In this document: positions 25,681 to 38,148 of the stretch, piece after piece | Position numbering within the stretch: position 1 is the stretch's first letter | Layout: each line of letters starts with the position of its first letter | Assembly: GCA_051294905.1 (NCBI GenBank) | Contig: CM119372.1 | Location: 2,668,001-2,732,000 of the forward strand | Length of the DNA stretch: 64,000 bases | Direction: 5' to 3' | Source: Botryllus schlosseri | Taxonomy: Eukaryota | Position numbers and translations under genes: made by a program | The notes under the pieces: generated by a model | What the model saw: only the letters and a program-made list of their open reading frames with translations | The model's database searches: none | What the model was told of the DNA's origin: nothing

Positions 25681-28600
25681 CTATCGAAGCCAACTCCAAT
25701 CTTCCCAGAGAAGGTCCCTGAGATCTTTGTTGAACGGCTCGTAGAATTCTCTGAGCTTCTCCTCCGCTCGCGGGCGTAACTTATATTTTGAAACGCGGCT
25801 TCTTGTTCGACCTTTGATTTTTTTTTCAAGACATAGATGAAATCTTGAGTCATCCAGATCGGCAACGCCATACATGTCATCCCACCATGTGCGCAGACAC
25901 GACAGACCAGTGGCTCTGTTCGTGAAAAAATCTCGCCGTTGCAGCATCACTGGTACTGCTAGAAACTCTTGAATGGAAACAATAGTTAGACCGGGATCTT
26001 TCAGAAAGGATTCTCCATTTAATATAAGGAGGCGATCTTTAGGAAAAGCATTTACCCAGCGAGGTAGAAAGTATGAATACGCCCCTGTGAGGTAAGTTGT
26101 CAAATGGGCGTTCTTTTTGACTGCGAGTAAAACATCCTCAAATGCGTCGTCGTTTAATAGCTTTTGCGCTTGTGGCAAAAGAAGTTCAATGTGACGTTCG
26201 AAAGACATATTTTTGTACTTCGACCGCGGAAGCTCAATCTGAAATAGTTATGGAGGCTGAATTTATCGCATATAGGTCATACTTGGAAAACTGTAATTCT
26301 AGCAGTCTAATTACAAGGGATTCTCAACCTGTGGGTCATATGCCTATTTCAGGGGCACTATAATTCTATTAAATGTCGTTTTTTTTAATCTTTCGAAGGT
26401 TTGAAGATAATGAAGGCTCATTACGTTTTTAAAATTTTCAATGGAGGTCACAGAATTAAAAAGGTTTGGAATCCCTGGATTAGACTAAATAGAGCGGGAT
26501 CCCTGTAATCACATTCTCATCTAATTTCTGAAATGTTTCTACGCTATAATTTTAATTCTAATCTGATTCCTTTTTTTGAATGCTACGGAATGAACTCCAA
26601 TTTATACGAACTTAACTTGATTCAATTTCCAAGCTCTCACGAATTCGACAAAATACGGTGCAGCTATAATTCCAATTCTAATCTACTTTGGAAAATTCTA
26701 GCTAGAATTCTAATTCTAATCTAATTTGGAAAAGATGAAAATTTTCTAGTTGTCAAACTCTGATATAGGTAGATGATAAGAACGTCACGAACATGTAGTA
26801 TTTTTAATTATCTGACCGAATAGCCGGATTTTTACTCAGCCTCTAGCAGTGCCACACTTCCACATATACCCTCTATTTCAAGTTGGAAATGAAACATCGT
26901 ATCTGATTTTACCGCCGCTAAATGAACCTTTGTGACAACTCGTTACGATCAAAAGGTTGTTGGCCTATTTTTCAGGAATGGCACGAATCCCAAATACGCT
27001 TTCCTTTGACTGTGGAAACGCGTTGATTCGAAGCTAGCATACACCGGTAACCTTCGCTGAGTATGTTTTTGAAAACGCAGCCAACAGTGGCAAATATGCT
27101 CCCATATATAATCAAACTTCTTTGCATTGGAGTTGTCGGTCCCATACTGAAATTGCTATACCTAGTTTTAAATCAATCTAATATGCCTCTCACTCGCTGA
27201 ATAAATTGTGGACATTTCATTCAAGTGCGTGATTAATTTGTCAGAATATATAGGCATCCTTTCCAGAAGACCATGTAGAATTGGGGACGGCACTGCTAAC
27301 ATACATAGTGGGCAACTATATAGAACAGAATACACCTATATAAATGAGCATGAGCATGAGCATAGATATATGCACAATAAGGAAAATGTCCTAAACTAGA
27401 GGAGCATTGTAGTCAATCAACAGAATGCGAAAAGTTTTTACTTTGGGATCTGGCGCATTGCTATTGATGGAATTGCGATATGCGGTATTGTGACAGCCCA
27501 CCCATTATCGGTAGGGTTACCATTTGTCCTCCTTTAGGATGATTTGCCTCCTTTTCGGGAAATCAAAAATCTCCTATGAAGACGCTTAAATGTCCTCCCT
27601 TTCGGAATTCACCCGCTTTTATCGCTTTGAGAGACAGGAAGAACATAAAACGGCATAAATTACGTGAAATCTGCAATGCCGAAGCGAAAGCAAAACAGCG
27701 GTTCATGTCGACTTCGCATGCGGCAAGCGGGTGGTATTTCCGACAGACCCAACCCGGGCCCCCTAACCACGGATAATATACATTCACCTACGTTACCAGA
27801 AATCGGCATAACATTTGTAATTTAGCTACTCACCCGATTAGCATAGTCGGACAGAGACCGTTGAACTGGTTCGCACAGAATGATAATTAGTTTAACGCCA
27901 GGGCAATCCCGCTTGATAATTGACGGCAAGTCTTCGGGCAGTGATGTAAAATAAGCCGGGGTCTTGTCCACAATCAACTGTTGCGCGGTGGCGTTTTCCA
28001 GCAAAGATCTTAACGGAATATATATGCTACAAGAACTGCGCTGTTATGCATATTCCAGGACATGGAGCGTAAGCGGATTAGCATTTCCGTGCCATTATTG
28101 CGAGAAAGAAATTTTGTAATCTCGTTCTAATCTAATTTCCGGAATGTTTCTTTGCTCTAATTTCAATTCCCTAATTTTTGAAATATTTATACGCTGTATA
28201 TAATGCGAAGCGAGCCAAATTTTCTGTATACAGACATATTCCATTCTACTACGGAAGAGAATGAACTCATTTGTAAAAACGATGTAGCTTCTAATTCAAA
28301 TCTACTTTGGAAAAGCCGAAATCTTCCTAGTCATCCAACTCTGGATCGAGATAGGGTTTAGGCTCCACGTCCAAGTCACACATGTAATTACTCACCCAGA
28401 AAACTATAACTGTAGCTATCATCGTTTCATGTTATCAAAACGAGTATAAATTAAACTGTCTCTTTCTCTATTTGCAAATACCAAATTTCGCCACTTGCGA
28501 ATTAGTCTTTGTTGTCGCATTGTGTGTTCGATAAAAATACTGTTATACTACTTATAATATTTCAAAAACTTGCATATAACTACATTGCTACATGTACCGC

Positions 28601-31600
28601 GTGTTATTAGACTGCGTACGTTAAATTCCCAGGGACAGGCCGCTGAAACTGAAACTGACCTAAGGGTGTTGGAACACAATCAGGCCGTGGCAATGAACTC
28701 TGCCATTGGCAGGCATTTAGCTGAGCATGCTACTTGCGCCAATAACTATAGTGACGACAGATTCTCAATTTTGGGTAAAGGCCGCACACTTTTCCACTTG
28801 TCCGCGCTGGAATCGACATTCATTAAGATCCATCAACCACGCTTATGCCAGCAGAAGGAACGTTTGCTTCACCTAAAAATTGGCCACTAGCTGCGCTCGC
28901 GGCTTGTCTGCACTCGATGTTGTTTTTGTTCGTATGACGTCACAATTGGCTGTATGCAATGTAGTTATATGCAAGTTTTTGAAATTCTCTTTATGCCGAC
29001 GATTACTACTTATAATATCCAAGTCCTTTGTCCTGGTGTTTATCGTAATAGTGAGATTCCTCGCTCGTCACGAGTAGCGGGTGACTTCCCAAAAACACAC
29101 GAAGAGCGCCCGTCCCGCATTTCCTTGCCCCGATGATTATTACGTCTGGTGTTCGATTTTGCTTTGGCTGTAAACAGCATTAGAATCAAAGCCAGGAGTG
29201 GGAAAAACTACAGCCTGCCGGCCCCATGAAGCCCGCAACACCGTTTTGTTCTGCCGGCGAAAGGCTCAAGAAACGTATTAGAAATATTGATAAAATGCAT
29301 ACTAAAATATAAATACTGCACGGATTCGATTAAATTTTTTCTTATTTTATTTCATCACGATAATTATATGTTATATTCTTATTATAGTATATTTTTACTT
29401 CATTGCTGACGTGATAGCCCGACCTCGAGGCCCACGCATTTTAAAATGTTTCAACTGCTAAACATCACAGAAAGTCAAAACGGGAATGATCGAGTATAAT
29501 TTTACATAGGCCACTCTAGCAAGTTTATTACTTTGAATGCAGTACTTGATAAAAAAAAACTAATAGCGAGTGTGTTAGGTGGATTCATTCTCTGTAAGTG
29601 CAGAAGCATTTATATTTATAACATCTACATATTTTAGTGCTGGGAGCGATGAAGCTAGCATGGTTATGACGCTGTCAGCATTGTGTCTCCTGGAGTTGAA
29701 CCAAAAGTAGAATCAGCGAATCTATAAAGAGATCACTGCTTTCAGATTCAAATATCTATCCTGTTCTGAGAATCAGGACAACCGACTTTCACCCGTAGTT
29801 TTGAAAAGTGGTTATGGAGGTTGAACAGCTGCGATGCGGCTCGCGAGTTAAAAAGTTTGCCCACCCCTGATCAAAGCGAACAATATACGAACGAACAATA
29901 AACAATATACCTCCAAATCGATTAACATCTCAAGGCGGCTGCGTTCGGCTTTCCTGATTTCAAGAGCCAATTCATTTATCCGTTCGGTATCTAAATGAGA
30001 GCGTTATAATATTACTATTGGCATGATATATTTCTCTATGTATTTTGAAACCACACATCTTGGATTTTATTGGGACCAAATTATGATCGGTAACCAACAA
30101 AGTAATACGATGTCGCCAAATTGAATTTTTACAAGCAACTTAAGTAAATCTACGACAATAACGACGTAATCACTGAATCGGTTATCCAACATGGTTGTTA
30201 ACCTGCGGTAATAGTTTAAGAAATGGGATTTTCTATCTTATATGCCAATGACTTTGTGAAACAAGATCGCATATGGTGGTTTTGATGAGCTGGTTTCAAG
30301 GTTTCACCGGACAGGGGGCTATATGTAAAGAGAATCTCCCCTTTTTCCACAATTTGTAATTGCGAGATCGGAAACTGCATCACTACTGATGACGCAGTGG
30401 TGACAATTTATACGTGCCGGGAAAGTAAACAGCGCAAAGTTCGAACAAATATTCAGGTCACCATCACTATATGCCGAAAATAGGCCGCATTTTGTATGTT
30501 GGTTTCTGAAATACAGTTTGCCTCCTCGAGCTTATCTTTATTCACGTATTCCATATAGCATCACCCTAGATATCAAAGGTGGTCAGTAACGAAGTAATTC
30601 TACTTTTTTTTTTAAATTACTCAAGTAGTTTTCCTCTACTTCTAGTACTTACTCAAATAGATCTAGTTTTTGCTACTTCTATTTCATAATATTTTGTGAT
30701 CTACTTACTTACTTTTCGCTATTTTCAGTATGTCAAGTAGAAGTAGTTTAATCATCCAATCAAGAAGATAGCCTGAGGAATTTCGGGGCTGTTTTCACGG
30801 ATTATCAACATTTAATTTTCAGAAAAGTTGAGTAAAGCCAAAATTTTTGTCGCACTTCGCGCACGGTGGATATAAAGTAACCAATATGGTTTCACGAAAG
30901 TATCGGTCAATATAATTTAGGTAGCGGGTTGCATGGTTCCGTTCACACCGCATTGTCGCCCTATGAAATATTTCATCACGGTATATTTGGCCCATCATAG
31001 CGTTTGAAACTGATGTTTCGCAAGCTAGCATTTACTTATCATATCGTAGTCTAGCAGTCCATGGCATGTCCTAATCTGGAACAGTGGACTATGACTTTTT
31101 GGTAGCTTTAGACCGGTTTTAGCATACAACCTTTGACACTTTCCGGACTAAAGACATGAAGTACATTTTCCGCTTTTAGAAGTAGTAATTATATTCCACT
31201 ATCAATTCCTAGTATCATACTTTGAGTTCTGATTGGTATCAGTTCTTTTGTCTGGATCACATACATGTTTAAATATAAAAGCAAGTGTAGTAATGCCTTT
31301 AATTTCCGGAAATAAAGCTACACAATATTAGGGTTACCATACGTCCTCTTTTTTGACTTTTTTGAAAGTATCCTCAGAGGACGCCCAAATGTCCGCTTTT
31401 TTTGAGATTTTGTCCACTTTTTTAAGAATTTTTGTTAAATGTTAGGCAAAATTGACTTAGATACAGTAAGTCGACACTGAAGTAACGCTCCAGCCGGTAT
31501 TTCGGGAGCTGGGCCGTAAAGTTGACCTTTTTTTAGTCAACCACCTGATAATGTGAAAGAAAAACTGTATTTTGGGCGCTGAGCGAGAAAGTTGACCTTT

Positions 31601-32764
31601 TTATTTAGTCAACCGATCACGAAGGGGGTAAAAATTAGACCATTTCTTCAGGATTTTCCCTCAGTTTTGCTAGTCTGAAAATTTTGAAAAGGTGTCCTAT
31701 TTTCGTATTTCCAAAATATGGTAACCCTACACAATATGGCATTTTTACGATCCACCATATTTTTATTGACGTTTACTAATCGCTCAAAGTGTTTACACCG
31801 TATCCAATACAACTTCTCCGTATTGCTCTTCGACTAAACTGTGGGCCTTATAATATGGGGGAGGGTGCCATACCATGATGTTTTCTAAAACGTGCTAAAA
31901 CAGAGAATTAGTATCGCATTTCCATATCAATACTATCATTTTCACCCCATCATGCCGTGGAACGCTTATGCTGTCGAAAAATGGATACCTCCTGGTATGC
32001 ATCAATATGAATCAAGACCTGCACCTCTCGCCTAGCTCAATTTGCAGCTTTTGACAATCAATGCGAACGAATTACGATCGTTTTCACATCTACCTACTTA
32101 CTTGAGTAGATTTAAAGTCAGTCAATTCTACTTCTACTTCAAGTAGTTTTAGGTTGCTTATATAAGAAGTACTTCTACTCGTACTTGAGTAATTTTTTTT
32201 CGCTACTTCTAATTCTACCTAAGTAGCTTTCTTGATTACTTTGACCACCTCTGCTGGATATGCAGAAGACGAGACGACAAAGTTTGATATAGACATAGAA
32301 TGCGCCGACATCATGATTTGTTCGAACAGGAATTTAGATAGGATTTAAAATTTCGGTGGGTCAGATTTGGATATGGAATTTCGAACAAAGCCGAAAAGGG
32401 TGGTACACGAAAACAGAACCTAATTCAGAATTATAGCGCGGTTATAAATCTTACGTGCATGTGCATACATTCCTACGTGCATGCATAATTTGGATTAAAA
32501 TTTTGTACTCGATTTATACTGCGGTATAAGTCTGAGGTATACCTGCACCCTTTTCAGCCGTTTGGGTGTGAATACACACTATGCTATGAGTCTATTATAT
32601 TTCCCTATACCTTCCTGATTGTTGAATTCCGACCGATGGAGCGGCTGCTGCTCAGTTTCCCGGTTATTTACATTATCACTCTTCCTAATATTGACTAACA
32701 TTCGATAGAGTAGAACAAGAAGTGCAACGCTGACGATATATATTATCTTGGAACGCGTAGTCAT
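25681..32764 (-). CDS. Heparan sulfate glucosamine 3-O-sulfotransferase-like protein, copy 2 (374 aa, type II Golgi membrane protein)
   Basis: Exons 32764-32611, 29990-29911, 29167-29010, 28008-27834, 26238-25681 (GT-AG, phases 1,0,2,0; 1125 nt). TM anchor IIYIVSVALLVLLY; 5'-PSB loop IIIGARKCGTGAL; EESHYYD; DKTPAYF; LCEPVQRSLSDY; CLEKKIKGR; LREFYEPFNKDL. AATAAA (minus strand) at 25625-25630. Confidence 0.9.
28620..28890 (+). mobile_element. Penelope-like element 3' fragment (GIY-YIG C-terminal part), intronic
   Basis: SAIGRHLAEH...FSILGKGRTLFHLSALESTFIKIHQPRLCQQKE resembles the SAIxxHL / LExxxIxxxxPxLN motifs of Penelope GIY-YIG endonucleases. Confidence 0.7.
29193..29869. mobile_element. 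Charlie-type hAT MITE in intron 2 of HS3ST-like copy 2
   Basis: TIR caggagtggg/cccacccctg; perfect TSD ATCAAAGC. Confidence 0.85.
30574..32253. mobile_element. Family C element (inverted relative to 1302-2562) with nested family D
   Basis: Full-length homology to 1302-2562; TSD CTAGATAT/CTGGATAT. Confidence 0.9.
31329..31729. mobile_element. MITE family D
   Basis: TIR TAGGGTTACCATA; perfect TSD CACAATAT. Confidence 0.9.
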
Positions 32765-35374
32765 CTAAAAATCGAACCGACGACGAGGTTTTGAACAAGA
32801 AAATGAGCAGATTCATGAGTAAAGTCTCTTTTACTCAATCGATAAATGCTTACTAAATGTTTTTTTTTCTCCCAAGACTCCCTTACTGGGATCGCGTGGT
32901 ACGGTTCATACGTTTTCATTGCTGCAGTGTTCAAGACAAATCACTCTGTAATAACCAAAAAACACTGGGAGTGCATTACCTGACTCGGTGATGAGACGCA
33001 AAGTACTGACCTCCCCACACTCAACTTTCAGATCGATACCGACGTAGAATATTTGAGGTAGGCTTATCACCAAACTGTATATCTCGACTAACTTATTTTC
33101 TTAAGTTAACTGTGGGGTTTGTGAGTCTTGAACACTATTTCAATAGCGGCCTATGCAGACTTGGACAACTAGATTGTTCCAATTGTTTAATTAGACTAAT
33201 TAATGCCGGTAATCCAATTTTAATCTAATGTGTGAAATGTGTGTTTGCTCTAATTTAATTTCTGATCTGAATTCTTATTAATTTTCCCGAAAATGCTATA
33301 AGACAGCTGTGTAGTCCCAGGGTTATCACACGCCCTCCTTTAGGGGGATTTGTCCTCCTTTTTCAAGAAAGCGAACATGTCCTCCGATGACACTCAAATG
33401 TACGCCTTTTTGGCAATTCTTCCTCGTTTATAGTTTTGACAGCCAGGCGATTGCACAGGCACAACTAAAAAACGCCGTAAATGACCCGAAATATGGATAT
33501 CTACGGCAGTCACCGGGATGATTAGCAAGGATGACAAAAAAAGATTGACCGACTAAATTACGTTAGAGCGGGTCTTTCGGAAGTCGAGTTGAAAGAATGA
33601 CCTTTTTCAGACAACACAACAGTATTTGCCGTGAAAATTTTCAAATTAACCGTTTTCCCGTCCGACATTATGAGTTTTCATTTCTGGATCTCGAAATACG
33701 GTAACCATATCATAGGTCGTGAGCCTATGGCTAGCGAGCCATATTTTTATTTTTGGAATTGATTTATCAATATTACATCAACTTGTTCGTAAGTTTTCAT
33801 CACGACCAGGATAATTATTCTTGTGGCAGTTTAAACACGTTTCTGAGAGGTCAAGGTAATGTCGTATTCAGAGTTGGGGGCTCGGACCGTCTTTTTCAAA
33901 ATCCTCAAATTTAAGTTGCCAAAGATGTAACTTGCAAAAGACCTATGTAACTCAAGTTTCGACTGCGCAAATAAGGCAACCATCATGATTAGTATACGAG
34001 TTTACGATCTTATAGGTACGAAATTATGGCGGACACGACGAATCCCACGTAGTCAGTTCGAATTAGTGCTACTATGACGTCACTAATTTTCCATCCAATT
34101 AATTTTCAATTGACATGTTCGGCTCTTTGGAAGTTCAAATGGAAAATATAGGGATAATATGGCTCTTCGGACGAAAAACGTTTCCGATCCCTGTCTTACT
34201 TCGTTCGCAACGAGCCAAGATACCTAAAACGGAAGATTTTGACATAAAATATGGAAATTTGGACATGTTTTGACCTCAAAGTGTGTAAATTAGGTGTTTT
34301 CACACATAATGAGAGAATTGTACTACTTATCTTCATTTCTGATTGTAACTGTCTGTCCTTACGAAGTAGTCTGACCTGAAAAACACTTTTTTGACTTACA
34401 AACTTACAAATTTTTTCATGAAAAAACTTTATGTTTGCGAAATCTGGACCTGTGAAGAATTCCAGTGTAGTTACATCATCTATTACGGTAGAAGTAATTA
34501 AAATTTGTTGGAGTGAAACGAAATATACTTTCCTACATTCTACAAAATATTTTTGGACTTTGTAAACGATTTGGACAATTGTTCTCACTTAACGCCACAA
34601 TTTTGACAAAATTTTGACTTATCTTGACATGTCAAAAAGAATATGCCCAACTTATGAGAATGATCTTTGATTTGATATGAACTGAACTTGATCAATTTTC
34701 CAAGTTTTCGTAAATTCAGCAATTCTAATTCTAATCTAGTTTGAAAAAAAACTGAGTAGCTATAATTATAATTCTAGCATAATATATATATATACATGGA
34801 AAAAACTACGTCGCTCCAATTCTAATTCTAATCCAATTTTGAAAAGCTGAACATTTTGCAGTTGTTTAACTCTGCCTGTATGCATGCGAGAGAGGGAACT
34901 CCTTCAAGGCTTAAGAGGCTATTGGGGGTATGAGAACTTCAATCTGCAATTGAATAATATATTCATATTGAAACAAAGCAGAAAATATTAGGGTTTCTCT
35001 CAATATGAATAAATCATTCAATTGACTATTACGTCTTATCCTGGCCACTTCCAAATGTAAACTGCACCTATGGCGGCCACAATTGTCACGATGTTGAGAA
35101 GCAGCACTTTGTACTGTCCACTGAATTCGTTTCTTCCAATCAATCGATTAAATGTATATTGTGACGTAATATTTATAGTTACATAAGTTACAGCTTGCCA
35201 AACCGTTTGTGGTAACTTATTCGATACATGCAAATCGAAGTCATTTGATTTGGTTATGCGACTACGGAAATATGTATGAGCACATGATGCACTTTTGGTC
35301 ATATCTCGCTATCATCCTCGTGCGTGCTGTTGTTCTGACGGATCATATCGGTGAGCCCTACGATAACGTATGAC

Positions 35375-36236
35375 TAGGGCAAGTTTCTGCAACTTTTGTA
35401 ATTTTTTTTACAGCTTCCGACAGCTTCTTAGATACTCAAAATCTCTGTACGATGATGTTTTAAGCTGTATGGAGGGATTTTATAGTGCAACTTTTTGCAT
35501 CTTTATCTGTTTTTCATACCAATTTTTACTGCAACTTTTTATCAAATATTGCGGTAAAATGTAAAGGAGTGATTTAAAAACATGCTATAAACTATTTGTA
35601 GTATGGTTCTATGCTCTTTGATTTGCATAACAAGGATCTAAATGATGGGTCAGCTGTGCCTCACTTATATGACACAATGGCTTGCAGGCAAGAAGTTCAA
35701 CTACTCCTGCCGAGAAGGACCGTGTCCGAACAATATGTAAATAGATTACTTTATTGATTATGTCGTTTAAATTTGAGATAGTTTCCCATTTCACGAACGC
35801 CCAGGCGAGATCGCCGATAATTACCTTTTCACAGGATCACCTTATATTCAGGCCAGCCAATTGATGTTGTTAAAGTCGCCAAGAGTGAGTGTTTCTGCAA
35901 CGCTTTGGGTAAAGTTTGCAGACCTAGGAGGTTTGGGTTTGTTGTTTGACTTGTTTTAGTGGTAGTGGTTATTGCTATGCTGTTTGGCTTTTTTGTGGAA
36001 ATTTATTCTCGCATTGCGTGATTTTCTTGCTGTGTACCGGGAAAAATATAATTTTGACTGTCTCGCCAGAATGTCCGTGAAATGGCAAAATAACAAATTT
36101 GTCATACAACGGAACCTTTCGAGTATCTCATACCCTACTAATTTAACAAAAATTATAAATGCAACATTTCACTGCAACTTTTGTCAAAATTAAGTGCAAC
36201 TTTCTCGTGATTTTAGTGCAACAAAAACTTGCCCTA
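35375..36236. mobile_element. hAT-type non-autonomous element (TAGGGCAAGTTT TIR, TGCAACTTT repeats)
   Basis: TSD CGTATGAC/CTTATGAC. Confidence 0.8.
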
Positions 36237-38148
36237 CTTATGACCTTATGTGGTACACATAAACACTTGGCACGCCTACGCCGATAAATTCCATTGGAAA
36301 AATAATTACTGAAAAAACTTGTAGAGTTCATTACCATAAGCAAGAGGATGACAATGTAGCATTCTCATGAAAACCAGAAATCAGATTTGAATTAAAATTA
36401 GATCAAAAAACACATTACAAATTAGATTTTAATTAGATAATCGGCATTTCGATCTACTAAGTCTGATTCAGGGATGGCCAACTTGTGGCCGTAGAAGGAA
36501 ATTTGTGCGGCCGTCGACACGCGATTCAATTGGTAGGTGTTGACGGCCGTCGACATGGAAATTCAATTTACGAATTGACTCCCGAATTTTTGAGAGATTT
36601 TAAATAATCTTGAAATTTTCTTCGCGTACTGCACGATTCAATTGGCCTTCATTTTCGATTTCAATATAGTAGCGCCCTTTGCAATCTGAGCCCCATAGTA
36701 CAGATGTGAACAGCAGAGGAATTTGATGCGCGACATATAGAAATATACCAACTTGGATTCGTGTGCTCGACACGATACAAATTTGTACCTGGTACGTTTG
36801 GGGGACTGTCAGTATCTTTCCACGATACCGACAATCCTGGTGGGAGGTCAAGAAATAACAGGATGCAACAAAGTGAATAATAACAATTGACCCACCCGAA
36901 GATGAATCATCATTTGTAACCTGCCCATTTTTTTGAAAACACCCCTGCATCAACTCGTACCAGCGAATGTGATCAGATAGTCTGAGAAAGGATAAATATT
37001 TGATAATAATATGTGAAACTACTAATATTAATGACGAAATTCATTCATGAATCTGAAAAATTTTTCGCTCTTTTGGCGCGACCCTATCAAACCCCGGAAA
37101 CTATTCATAACATGACCATTCGCGATTTCGATGCTTATAGGAGGACGCATGGTAGCCCCTACCCCCTCTGCACCTCCACATTTCGATATACATTGCGATT
37201 CTGTATGATACCTCATCAGTTTTCCAGTTTCACCACCATATGTGAACTGTGCCGCAATTCCTTCCGATGTCTTGTTATTTTTTTCTTGCGTACCAATCCT
37301 GAATATTGATACGAATGACGCCTGGTGATGTTGGAAGAAGTAATACCACGTTAGGCCTCTGCCATATTTTCAGCATCCAAAAAGTAAATAACATGGAAGT
37401 AGAATTGTTACATCTGAATCTGATGATGTTTTACAATGCCTTGTTAGTAACAAAAAAAAGCGAAGCAAAATATACAAAAGCAGACAGGAAAACAGCAAAT
37501 GAAATTTCTTTATGAGATTCAGCCCATAGATAATTTGCCGTAGCCCTAACTTTCTCCGATAAGAAATGATCACTATTAACGAGTTGGGGAAATTGTTTGT
37601 AGGTAATATCATTGAAATTAAATACAACTATCAAGATGCCCGAAACTGATCCAACTAATAGGTCTGTTAAGTGCGAATCTGCGTCGAAAAATTGCGACAG
37701 ATCCTCGCGCGTAAGAAGGCCCAGATGTTGAACGATGTTTGCAATAACAATAAAGAAGGTCGCGTTGGCTGGGCAATTTGTTGGAAAACCGTCAATTCAG
37801 CATGTTTCATACCTATACCGTAATATTTCTAGAAATAAATACATCGTCCCGTCTAAAAGCCTTGTTTAAACTATAATAGACTATCTCGAAATGCGAATAA
37901 AGATGACATTTCGGCATTTTGGAGCGTCGTCGTCGAACCATTGACTTTTCATGAGAAAAGACGACAAATCTTCCTAAAAGAGGACTTATGGTGGAGCTAT
38001 ACACCATGTACGCGACTTCCCTGTGGGAACTTATCTTAAACATCAGTAAATCTGTGAAAATCAAACGAGACAACAGCAAACGTCTACAATCAAGTTTTAT
38101 TCGAGAACATGAAAAAAGGTTTGTCAAAAAGTGAGTAACTCGCAAATT

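Noticed and set aside
37813..38145. 110-aa ORF as an alternative last exon of gene A
   Set aside because: The nearer acceptor at 38205 gives a short exon resembling paralog B (VGP) and is followed by AATAAA; the longer ORF overlaps a duplicated non-coding block.
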